A stretch of 64,000 nt of DNA from Alphaproteobacteria bacterium. Lineage in GTDB: Bacteria > Pseudomonadota > Alphaproteobacteria > UBA828. The translations under genes and the position numbers were made by a program. The stretch covers positions 3,296,001 through 3,360,000 of the forward strand of contig CBDEFM010000002.1 in assembly GCA_965237415.1 (NCBI GenBank), written 5' to 3'. Below, in pieces: positions 31,661-40,035 of this stretch (within the stretch, counting starts at the first letter, position 1; each line of letters starts with the position of its first letter). The notes beneath the pieces were generated by a model, which saw only the letters and a program-made list of their open reading frames with translations, was not told the DNA's origin and did not search any database.

Positions 31661-32115
31661 TGCTCGCCCTGCTCCTCGATGATGCGCGCCCGGCCGTCGG
31701 CCAAATGCTGGGCAAGCCGCGCGAGGTAGGTCTCGCGCGGGCCGTCCAGCGCTACCTTGAGGAGCGCGCCCTCGAACCGCACCCGCCAGTGCAGATTGCC
31801 GCAGGAGTAGCCGAGTTCGAGCGCCGCCGCCAGGTCGCGGGGCCTGAGCGCGAGCCATACCGTCTCCCGCATGCGGACGACGACGGCGCGGTCTTCCTCG
31901 AGCAGGAGGACCGCACCGTTGACGAGGCGCTCGGAGCGCGCCAACGCTACTGCGCAGTCGGTCCCCTTGTCGGTTTGGACGCGCAGCCGCTTGCGCGCCG
32001 TATCGGCCGCATCCAGCTTGATGATCTCGACCCGGCCGTCGTGCTCCAGCGCGTGCAGCCGCTCGGCGATGTCAGGCTCGGTCGCGTTGCCGAGAATCTG
32101 GGTGAGTCGCAGCAT
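31657..32115 (-). CDS. ureE: UreE-like metallochaperone without His-rich tail
   Basis: [25 protein letters not shown]. Confidence 0.82.
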   Translation of the reverse strand: MLRLTQILGNATEPDIAERLHALEHDGRVEIIKLDAADTARKRLRVQTDKGTDCAVALARSERLVNGAVLLLEEDRAVVVRMRETVWLALRPRDLAAALELGYSCGNLHWRVRFEGALLKVALDGPRETYLARLAQHLADGRARIIEEQGEQ

Positions 32116-32249
32116 GGCGGGCAGCTTACGGCCATTCGACATGCTAGCAAGGGAGGCCGCAGCCGCTCGCACCGGCACGCACCGCATCGATTGAAGGGCG
32201 GGCGGCCGTTCGGCATCATGCGGGCACAGGCGCCACGCGGAGGAGACCG

Positions 32250-33878
32250 ATGCGCGCGACGATGATGGACTACCCGCTCACGCTGACGCATTACCTGGAG
32301 CGGGCCGGCACCCTGTTCGGCGAGAGCGAGATCGTCACCCGCCTGCCGGACAAGTCGCTGCACCGCTACCGCTTCAGCGACTTTCACCGCCGCGCGCGGC
32401 AGCTTGCTTCGGCGCTGGCGCGGGGCGGACTCAAGCGGGGCGAAGCGGTGGCCACCATGATGTGGAACAACTACCCGCACGAGGAGGCCTATTTCGGCGT
32501 CCCCTGCGCCGGCGGCGTGCTGCACACCCTGAACTTCCGCCTCCACCCGAACGACATCGCCTATATCGCCAATCACGCGGGCGACCGTTTCGTGATCGTG
32601 GACGACGTGCTGCTCCCGCTATTCGAGAAGGTCCGGCCCGAGATCGCGCCGGAGCGCGTGTTCGTGGCGGCGCTTTCCGGTCAGCCGGTACCGCAAGGCT
32701 ACGAGAGCTACGAGGACCTGCTGGCGAGCGGCGATCCTGACGACGACCTGCCCACACTCGACGAGGGCGATGCCTGCGGCGTCTGCTACACCTCGGGCAC
32801 CACCGGGCGGCCCAAGGGGGTCGTCTACTCGCACCGCGCCATGGTGCTCCACACCATGGCGATGTGCATGACCGAGCCCTTCGGCATCAGCCAGCACGAC
32901 ACCATCATGCCGGTGGTGCCGATGTTCCATGCCAACGGCTGGGGACTGCCCTATGCGGCGGCGGCGGCCGGTGCCCGCATCGTGCTGCCCGGCCCCCATC
33001 TCGACCCGGTGAGCCTGCTCGACCTCTGCGAGGCCGAGCGGGTGACGCTCGCCGCAGGGGTGCCGACCATCTGGAACGGAATCCTCCAGGCGCTGGATTC
33101 CGAGCCGGATCGCTGGACTCTCGACCCGGCGTTCCGCACCGCGGTCGGCGGCTCTGCGGCGAGCGAGGCGATGATCCGGGGCTTCGACCGCCACGGCATC
33201 CGCACCATCCACGCCTGGGGCATGACCGAGATGACGCCGCTCGGCACCGCCGCGCTGCTCAAGGCGACCATGCAGGGGCTCGACGAGGACGCGCAATACG
33301 ACTACCGCGCAAAGCAGGGGACTGCCTTGCCCTTCGTCGACATGCGGCTGATGAACGACGCCGGCATCGCGCCCTGGGACGGCGAGACCATGGGCGAGCT
33401 GCAGGTGCGCGGGCCCTGGGTCGCCGCTGCTTATCACGAGACCGCCGAGCTGAGCGACAAGTGGACCGAGGACGGCTGGCTGCGGACCGGCGACGTCGCC
33501 ACCATCGACGCCGAGGGCTTCATGAAGATCACCGACCGCACCAAGGACCTGATCAAGTCCGGCGGTGAGTGGATCAGCTCGGTCGATCTGGAGAACGCCC
33601 TGATGGGGCATCCTGCGGTGAGCGAGGCCGCGGTGATCGCGGCGCGGCACGAGAAGTGGGAGGAGCGCCCGCTCGCCGTCATCGTCCTGAAGGAGGGAGC
33701 AGAGGCGGATGTGGAAGCGCTCCAGAGCCACCTCGCGAGGCACTTCGCCAAGTGGTGGCTTCCCGACGACTACGTCTTCGTCGACGAGATTCCGCGCACG
33801 TCCACCGGCAAGTTCCTCAAGTCGGCGCTGCGCGAGCGCTACGAGGGGATGCTCGTCGCGGAGGGGGGCGGCGGTTAA
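32250..33878 (+). CDS. Medium/long-chain acyl-CoA ligase (AlkK/DmdB-like)
   Basis: [37 protein letters not shown]. Confidence 0.92.
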   Translation: MRATMMDYPLTLTHYLERAGTLFGESEIVTRLPDKSLHRYRFSDFHRRARQLASALARGGLKRGEAVATMMWNNYPHEEAYFGVPCAGGVLHTLNFRLHPNDIAYIANHAGDRFVIVDDVLLPLFEKVRPEIAPERVFVAALSGQPVPQGYESYEDLLASGDPDDDLPTLDEGDACGVCYTSGTTGRPKGVVYSHRAMVLHTMAMCMTEPFGISQHDTIMPVVPMFHANGWGLPYAAAAAGARIVLPGPHLDPVSLLDLCEAERVTLAAGVPTIWNGILQALDSEPDRWTLDPAFRTAVGGSAASEAMIRGFDRHGIRTIHAWGMTEMTPLGTAALLKATMQGLDEDAQYDYRAKQGTALPFVDMRLMNDAGIAPWDGETMGELQVRGPWVAAAYHETAELSDKWTEDGWLRTGDVATIDAEGFMKITDRTKDLIKSGGEWISSVDLENALMGHPAVSEAAVIAARHEKWEERPLAVIVLKEGAEADVEALQSHLARHFAKWWLPDDYVFVDEIPRTSTGKFLKSALRERYEGMLVAEGGGG

Positions 33879-35644
33879 CTCTCCGGGGTTATGCGCGTGC
33901 CTTCCCGGCACGGCCCGGCCTGCCGCCGCGCTGCGGTTGCCGCCTCGTCGAGCGCCGGCGGCGCGCCCGTAAGCACGACGCCGAATCGCTTCTCTGCTTC
34001 GTCCGCCGTGTAGTAACCCCGCATCACGTCCTGCAGGACCAGCGCCGGCTCGCGCTCGAAAGCCGCGCCGTAGCCGCCGCCGCCCGGCGTGGAGACGCGG
34101 ACGGTATCGCCGGGGCGGAGAGGGATTTCCTGATCCTTGGAGAGATGCGGCGGCCGGTAGCGGGAGCCATCGGTGCGGATCACGTCCACGGTGTTGACCC
34201 CGCCGGGCGCTCCGCCGAGCGCGCCGTTCGGCCCGGTGCGGCCGTGGTCCATCACCATCGAGGCCGAAGCCGCGCCGCGCCGGAGCGTACACGCGTAGGT
34301 CACGCCGAAGCCGCCGCGCCAGCGCCCGGCCCCGCCCGAGCCCTCGTGCAGGGAGTATTCCTGGAAGAGCACCGGGTATTTCTGCTCCATCACCTCGATG
34401 GGCTGCGACTTGGAGATGCCGATGGTAGAGCAGCCGTTGGTGAGCCCGTCGCCCTCAGGCGAGCCGCCGTAGCCGCCGCCGGTGAAGAGATACATCACGT
34501 AGTCACGCGCCTTCGCGGGGTCGGCGCCACCGACGGCGAAGTTGCCGGAGGTGCCGGCCGGCGCGGCGAAGAGCCGATCCGGGATCGCTTGGACGAGTGC
34601 ATCGAATACGGCTTCCGCGATCCGCTGGCTCACCTCCGCCGCGCAGCCCGAGACCGGGCGCGGGTACTCGGCGTGGAGGAAGGTCCCCTTGGGCTCCGTT
34701 ATGTGCAGCGGCTCGAACATGCCGGCGTTGATCGGCACGTCGGGGAAGATATGGCGGATCGCGAGATAGATCGCGGACTTGGTGGTCGCCGCCACGCTGT
34801 TCATCGGCCCGGCGCAGGGCGGGCTGGAGTGCGACATGTCGAAGTAGAGCTCGGTGCCGTCGACGCGGATGCGCATGTCGATGGTGAGCGGCTCGTTCAC
34901 CACGCCGTCGGAATCGACCTGGGCAAGGCCCCGATAGCTGCCGTCCGGAATGGTCTCGATCTTGGCCCGCGTCTGCCGCGCCGCGCGCTGGCGCATCTCA
35001 AGGATCACGTCTTCGACGAGGGCCAGGCCGTACTTGTCGAGCAGCGCCGTCATCCGCCGGGCGCCCACCAGCAGCGCCGCCGACTGCGCCTCGATGTCGC
35101 CGATGCGCTGCTCGGGCACGCGGATGTTGGAGAGGATGATGGAAAGGATCTCCTCGTCGATCTTCCCCTCCTTGTAGAGTTTTACGGGAGGGAAGCGCAG
35201 ACCCTCCTGAACCACCTCGGTGGCACGCGCCGAGAAGCCGCCCGGCACCATGCCGCCGGTGTCCGGCCAGTGGCCTGTGTTCGAGAGCCAGGCGAAGTGC
35301 GCGCCCTTGTAGAAGAACGGCCGGGCGAAGCGCACGTCCATCAAGTGGGTGCCGCCAAGGTAGGGGTCGTTGACGGCGAAGATGTCGCCCTCGCGCACGG
35401 TGGGCTTGGTGGCGATCAGGTGCTCGGTCGAGAACTGCATCGTGCCGACGAAGACCGGCAAACCCAGCTCGCCCTGGGCGATGAGCTTGCCGTCCTCCCT
35501 GGCATAGATGCCGTCGGAGCGGTCGAGGCCCTCCGAGATGACCGGGCTGAAGGCCGCGCGCACGAAGGCGAGGTCCATCTCGTTGCAGACCTGCTGCAGG
35601 CCGCTCTGCACCACGCCGAGAGTGATGGCATCGAGCGTGCTCAC
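33875..35644 (-). CDS. Hydantoinase B/oxoprolinase subunit
   Basis: NDPYLGGTHLMD, HWPDTGG, QEGLR, SGGAGRWRGG, TPGGGGYG; GTG 35644. Confidence 0.92.
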   Translation of the reverse strand: MSTLDAITLGVVQSGLQQVCNEMDLAFVRAAFSPVISEGLDRSDGIYAREDGKLIAQGELGLPVFVGTMQFSTEHLIATKPTVREGDIFAVNDPYLGGTHLMDVRFARPFFYKGAHFAWLSNTGHWPDTGGMVPGGFSARATEVVQEGLRFPPVKLYKEGKIDEEILSIILSNIRVPEQRIGDIEAQSAALLVGARRMTALLDKYGLALVEDVILEMRQRAARQTRAKIETIPDGSYRGLAQVDSDGVVNEPLTIDMRIRVDGTELYFDMSHSSPPCAGPMNSVAATTKSAIYLAIRHIFPDVPINAGMFEPLHITEPKGTFLHAEYPRPVSGCAAEVSQRIAEAVFDALVQAIPDRLFAAPAGTSGNFAVGGADPAKARDYVMYLFTGGGYGGSPEGDGLTNGCSTIGISKSQPIEVMEQKYPVLFQEYSLHEGSGGAGRWRGGFGVTYACTLRRGAASASMVMDHGRTGPNGALGGAPGGVNTVDVIRTDGSRYRPPHLSKDQEIPLRPGDTVRVSTPGGGGYGAAFEREPALVLQDVMRGYYTADEAEKRFGVVLTGAPPALDEAATAARRQAGPCREGTRITPES

Positions 35645-37680
35645 TGGCCGACCTCCAGGATCAGGTTGCCGATGGCGTCGAGGGAGGCCCGGTTGCCGGG
35701 CTCGACGACGCTCGTTGTGTCGATCTGGCGGACGATCGCAGGACCCTCGAAGCGGGCACCGGCGGGCAGGCGCTCGCGGTCGTAGATGGGTGTCTCCGCC
35801 CAGCCGGCGGGGAACCACACGCGCCGCGTGGCTGTCAAAGCACCGTCGAGGGTCGCGGTCTGTGCTGCTCCGGCAAGCGCGGCGAGCGGCACTGCCGGGC
35901 GCTCGCCGATCACGGCGGTGTGGAGATTGACGAGCACCGCGCGAATCGTGTCGAGCGCGACCGCGAAGCGCTCCCAATAGGCGACCTCGAAGGCCTTCTG
36001 GAGTTCGTCGCGCGTTACCGCCGGGCTTTCGACCGGCACCGTGAGCAGGTGGGTCTGGCCCTCGAACTGCATGTCGGCGGTGTGGAGGTACGCGATCTCG
36101 CCGACCGCCACGCCCTCCCGCTCGATCGTTGCGCGCCCTTCTGCCGCCTGGCGTTCGAGGATCGCGCGGACGGCCGCCATGTCCGCCTCCGCCAGCGGCG
36201 CATTCAGCGTGTTCACGTAGTCGTGGCGGAGATCGGCAGTGATGCAGCCGACGGCGCTGGTGATCCCCGGCCGTGCCGGGATCATCACCTGCGGGATGCC
36301 GAGCTCGGCGGCAAGCGCTGCGGCGTGCATGGGGCCCGCGCCGCCGAAGGCGAACAGCACGAAGTCGCGCGGGTCGTGGCCACGGGCGAGCGTCGCCATG
36401 CGGATCGCGCCCGCCATCCGGTCGTTGGCGATGCGTATGACCGCCGCCGCCGCGCCCTCGGCATCGAAGCCGAGGGGGGCGCCGATGGTCTCTGCGAACA
36501 CCCTTCGCACGTCGTCCGGCGCAACCGGCGTCTCCACCGCGAGCAGGGCGTCGGGATCGAGCCGGCCGAGGATCAGATTGGCGTCGGTGAGCGTCGGCTG
36601 GGTGCCTCCGCGGCCATAGCAGATCGGTCCCGGCTCGGCGCCGGCGCTCTCCGGCCCGACCTGGAGCAGGCCGGCCTCGTCGATCCGCGCCAGCGAGCCG
36701 CCGCCCGCGCCGACGGTGTGCACGTCCACCATGGGGACATGGATCGGCATGCCGTGCTCGAGCTCCATCTCGCCCGTGACCGCGGGCACGCCGTCCAGCA
36801 CGAGGCCCACATCGGCGCTCGTGCCGCCGGCATCGAAGGTGATGAGATCTTGGGCACCGGCGGCGCGGCCAATGGCGGCAGCGGCCATGACGCCCGAGGC
36901 CGGCCCCGAAAGCACCGTGTTGACGGCCTTCGCCGCCGCCGAGCGGGCCGAGACGCTGCCGCCGTTGCCCTGGATCACCAGCAGCTCGCGGCCGTAGCCG
37001 CGGTCCGCGAGCTTCCCCTGCAGCCGGTCGAGATAGCGGTGCAGCAACGGCTGGACGCAGGCGTTCACCGCCGCCGCGACGCCGCGTTCGTACTCGCGGA
37101 ACTCGGAGAGGATCGCGTGCCCCGCGGTGACGTAAGCGTCCGGCCAGAATTCGCGGGCGATAGCCAATGCTCGCTCCTCATGCGCGGAGTTCTTGTAACT
37201 GTGGAGGAAGTGGATCACGAGCGAGTCGCAGCCTGCGTCGCGCAGGCGTTCCACCGCGTCGCGCACCGCCGCCTCGTCGAGGGGCACCAGCACGTCGCCA
37301 TCGGCATCCATGCGCTCCGGCACCTCGATGCGGAGCTCGCGCGGGATCAGCGGCGTGAAGCTGCCCGTCAGCCCATAGGCGTTGGGCCGCGTGCGCCGAC
37401 CGAGCTCCAGTATGTCGCGGAAGCCCCTGGTGGTGATGAGCCCGCAACGGCTGAGCTTACGTTCCAAGAGCGCGTTGGTGGTGACCGTGGTGCCGTGGAT
37501 GATGGCCGCAACATCCTCGAATGAGGCAGCCGCGCCATCGAGCGCCGCGAGCACGCCGGCAGACTGGTTCGCAGGCGTCGACGGCACCTTGGCGAGCCGC
37601 ACGGCGCCGGTCTCGGGCTCCATGAGGATCAGGTCGGTGAAGGTTCCGCCGACATCGACGCCGACGATCGCGCCGCTCAT
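35641..37680 (-). CDS. Hydantoinase A/oxoprolinase ATPase subunit
   Basis: GVDVGGTFTD, HGTTVTTN, SGPASG, GAGGGS, GPESAGA.PGP, FGGAGPMH. Confidence 0.93.
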   Translation of the reverse strand: MSGAIVGVDVGGTFTDLILMEPETGAVRLAKVPSTPANQSAGVLAALDGAAASFEDVAAIIHGTTVTTNALLERKLSRCGLITTRGFRDILELGRRTRPNAYGLTGSFTPLIPRELRIEVPERMDADGDVLVPLDEAAVRDAVERLRDAGCDSLVIHFLHSYKNSAHEERALAIAREFWPDAYVTAGHAILSEFREYERGVAAAVNACVQPLLHRYLDRLQGKLADRGYGRELLVIQGNGGSVSARSAAAKAVNTVLSGPASGVMAAAAIGRAAGAQDLITFDAGGTSADVGLVLDGVPAVTGEMELEHGMPIHVPMVDVHTVGAGGGSLARIDEAGLLQVGPESAGAEPGPICYGRGGTQPTLTDANLILGRLDPDALLAVETPVAPDDVRRVFAETIGAPLGFDAEGAAAAVIRIANDRMAGAIRMATLARGHDPRDFVLFAFGGAGPMHAAALAAELGIPQVMIPARPGITSAVGCITADLRHDYVNTLNAPLAEADMAAVRAILERQAAEGRATIEREGVAVGEIAYLHTADMQFEGQTHLLTVPVESPAVTRDELQKAFEVAYWERFAVALDTIRAVLVNLHTAVIGERPAVPLAALAGAAQTATLDGALTATRRVWFPAGWAETPIYDRERLPAGARFEGPAIVRQIDTTSVVEPGNRASLDAIGNLILEVGQ

Positions 37681-37687
37681 GGAGCGC

Positions 37688-38563
37688 TCATGCGGCGACG
37701 GAGGCGCCGGCTGCGCCGCCGGTTTCCGCCGGCGCGAGCGTGCGGCTCTCGCCCTGGAGCGCGAGACGGGCGGACTCGATCAGCCCCGCCCGCTGCATCG
37801 CCCGCGCTTCCGCGAGCCCGGCGTCGAGCGCTGCGGCCTTCGCGTGCGCGGGCAGCGGCCCCACCGCGACCGTGACCGGGCGCGCGCCAAGGTCGCTCTC
37901 TTCGCGGAGCGAGGTGGCCGGCGCGCGCTCGATGGCGGGATGGTCGATGGTGACGGCATTGCCGATCAGCGTCGCCGCGGCGTCCGCCGCAGCGGCGGTC
38001 TCGGCCAGCACCGTGACCGCATCGGCGATGCCGAACGAGAGCGAGCGCCCGCGCCAGCCCGAGGTCGCCATGCCGCGCGCGGGCCGGTCCGCGCTAAGGA
38101 CGATCCGGTCGTCGAGCCCCGGACGGTCGGGATCGTTCACCACGCCGGCTGAAACGGAGGTGCCGGGGCTGAGGTGCACCGCGATATCGCCACCGTTGTT
38201 GACGTAGGCGCGCGTAAGCTTGCGCCCCGCCTGCATGGCCGCCAGCGCCTCGTCGGCGACGGAACCCGCGACCGCTGCCATCGGCGTGACGAATTGCGCC
38301 CGGTGCGGCCAGCAGGCGCCGAGCATGCGCCGTGCCACAGAGCCTCTTAGCGCCGGACGGCTCTCGCCAAGGGGGCGTCGCAGCAGGTCGAGCTCGGCGA
38401 CCAGATCGTCGAGGATCGTCGCGAAGCGCGAGTCGGCCTGACGATAGGCGGCGCTCACCTCGGGCGCCTCGCCGAAGGCCTCGGCAACGATGTCGATGGG
38501 CCCGTGCTGCAGGTGCAGCCGGCGGCCGTCGGGCAGGATCGCCATGCGGGCTCTGCCCGGCAT
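37688..38563 (-). CDS. UPF0280 family protein (ApbE-like fold)
   Basis: LHLQHGPID, TPMAAVAG, NNGGDIA, ATSGWRGRS.S.GIAD, ADAAAT. Confidence 0.88.
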   Translation of the reverse strand: MPGRARMAILPDGRRLHLQHGPIDIVAEAFGEAPEVSAAYRQADSRFATILDDLVAELDLLRRPLGESRPALRGSVARRMLGACWPHRAQFVTPMAAVAGSVADEALAAMQAGRKLTRAYVNNGGDIAVHLSPGTSVSAGVVNDPDRPGLDDRIVLSADRPARGMATSGWRGRSLSFGIADAVTVLAETAAAADAAATLIGNAVTIDHPAIERAPATSLREESDLGARPVTVAVGPLPAHAKAAALDAGLAEARAMQRAGLIESARLALQGESRTLAPAETGGAAGASVAA

Positions 38564-40035
38564 CAGACCGTGCGCTCCGGCAACGGCCAGGGATTGGCCG
38601 GCGGCCACGGCTCCGCCCGGTGCTCCGCGTCCCCAAGCGCCTGCTCCAGCGGCACGATGCGGTCGACGTGGCCGCCGAGCGTTGCGAACTCCGCGCGGCT
38701 GAGCGTGAACTCGATGGGTGCGACCAGGGCGGGCGTCGGCACGTAGCCGAAGGCGTCGGCCGGCATGCGGGTCACGTCCACCATGAAGGTGATCCCGCCG
38801 CCGGGCCAGACGTGGACCGGCGCGCCGCCGGCGGTGACGCGGGTGAGTGCGTCCTTGATCGAGCGGGTGAGGCGCACCGGGTTCTCGGTGACGCCCGCGC
38901 GCAGGCTCCCGCCCGCGCCGGCCATGAAGAGCACGGTGCAAAGCGCGGGCTCGCAGTTCTCCGCGATACGGTCCACGACCATCTCGATGGCCTCCGGCAT
39001 GGGCGCGGGCCGGGGCGTCAGTGTCTCGTCCAGCTCGAACCAGGCTGCGTCTTCGCCCGTGGTGGAGACCATGTGGAGCCTGAGCCCCGGCCAGGCTTTC
39101 TTGGGATCGATCCGCTCGATGATCTCCAGCGGGTCGGCGATATCGGTGGCGGCCCAGCCACGCCCCTTGCGCGCCACCTGGAAGTAGCGCCCCGGCGTGG
39201 ATCGGCGCCCCCTGATCCGGATGCCGGACGGCGGCATGTCGAGGAAGCGCCCAGCCTGATGCTCGGTGAGCACGCCGGTGATCTGGTCGTCCACCACGAT
39301 CACCTCATCGGCGTGGCCGTGCCACTGGCGGGCGAACATGCCCATGGCGGCCGAGCCGCAGCCGGCCCGCATGCGCGCCTCGTACTGGCCGTCCACCAAC
39401 GGCGCGGCACCCGCCTGGACCACCAGCTCCGCGCCACCATCGACGGTGAAAGTCGCGGGCCTGCCGTTGCAGAGGTCGAGCAGGGTGCTGCAGGTGACCG
39501 TGCCCTCGCGCTTCGAGCCGCCGGTGAAGTGGCGCACGCCGCCGAGGGAGAGCATCTGGGAGCCGTATTCTGCCGTGGTGACATGGCCGATGGGCTCGCC
39601 GTCGGCGCGCACCGAGGCCTGCTCCGGGCCGACGTGGCGGTCGGTGTCGATCTTCACCTTCACGCCGCAGTAGCTGAAGATCCCCTCCGAGACGACGGTC
39701 ACCATGTCCACCCCCGCCGTCTCGCTCGCGATGATGAAGGGCGCGGGCTTGTAATCGGGATAGGTGGTGCCGGAGCCGATTCCGGTGACGAAGCGCTCGG
39801 GCTGCGCGACCAGGCCGCCGCCCCAGTCCTCGGCGCCGTCCATGAAGGGCACCAGGGTCTCTGCCCGCTCGGTGACCAGTAGCGGGTCGACGCGGGTGAG
39901 CGAGCCGCCGACGTTGGCGTAGCGGTCGCAGGCGCCGACCTTGCCCTCGCGGATCCGACACAGCACCGGGCAGGCGTCGCAACGAATGATCGAGCCTTTG
40001 TCCTTGGCCCGGCGCTCGGTCTTCTCTTCGCTCAC
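38563..40035 (-). CDS. hnr: 6-hydroxynicotinate reductase-like Fe-S flavoprotein
   Basis: CDACPVLC...GACDRYAN, TTYPDYKPAPFI, GIFSYCGVKVKIDTDR, GAGGSLRAGVTENP. Confidence 0.82.
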   Translation of the reverse strand: MSEEKTERRAKDKGSIIRCDACPVLCRIREGKVGACDRYANVGGSLTRVDPLLVTERAETLVPFMDGAEDWGGGLVAQPERFVTGIGSGTTYPDYKPAPFIIASETAGVDMVTVVSEGIFSYCGVKVKIDTDRHVGPEQASVRADGEPIGHVTTAEYGSQMLSLGGVRHFTGGSKREGTVTCSTLLDLCNGRPATFTVDGGAELVVQAGAAPLVDGQYEARMRAGCGSAAMGMFARQWHGHADEVIVVDDQITGVLTEHQAGRFLDMPPSGIRIRGRRSTPGRYFQVARKGRGWAATDIADPLEIIERIDPKKAWPGLRLHMVSTTGEDAAWFELDETLTPRPAPMPEAIEMVVDRIAENCEPALCTVLFMAGAGGSLRAGVTENPVRLTRSIKDALTRVTAGGAPVHVWPGGGITFMVDVTRMPADAFGYVPTPALVAPIEFTLSRAEFATLGGHVDRIVPLEQALGDAEHRAEPWPPANPWPLPERTV

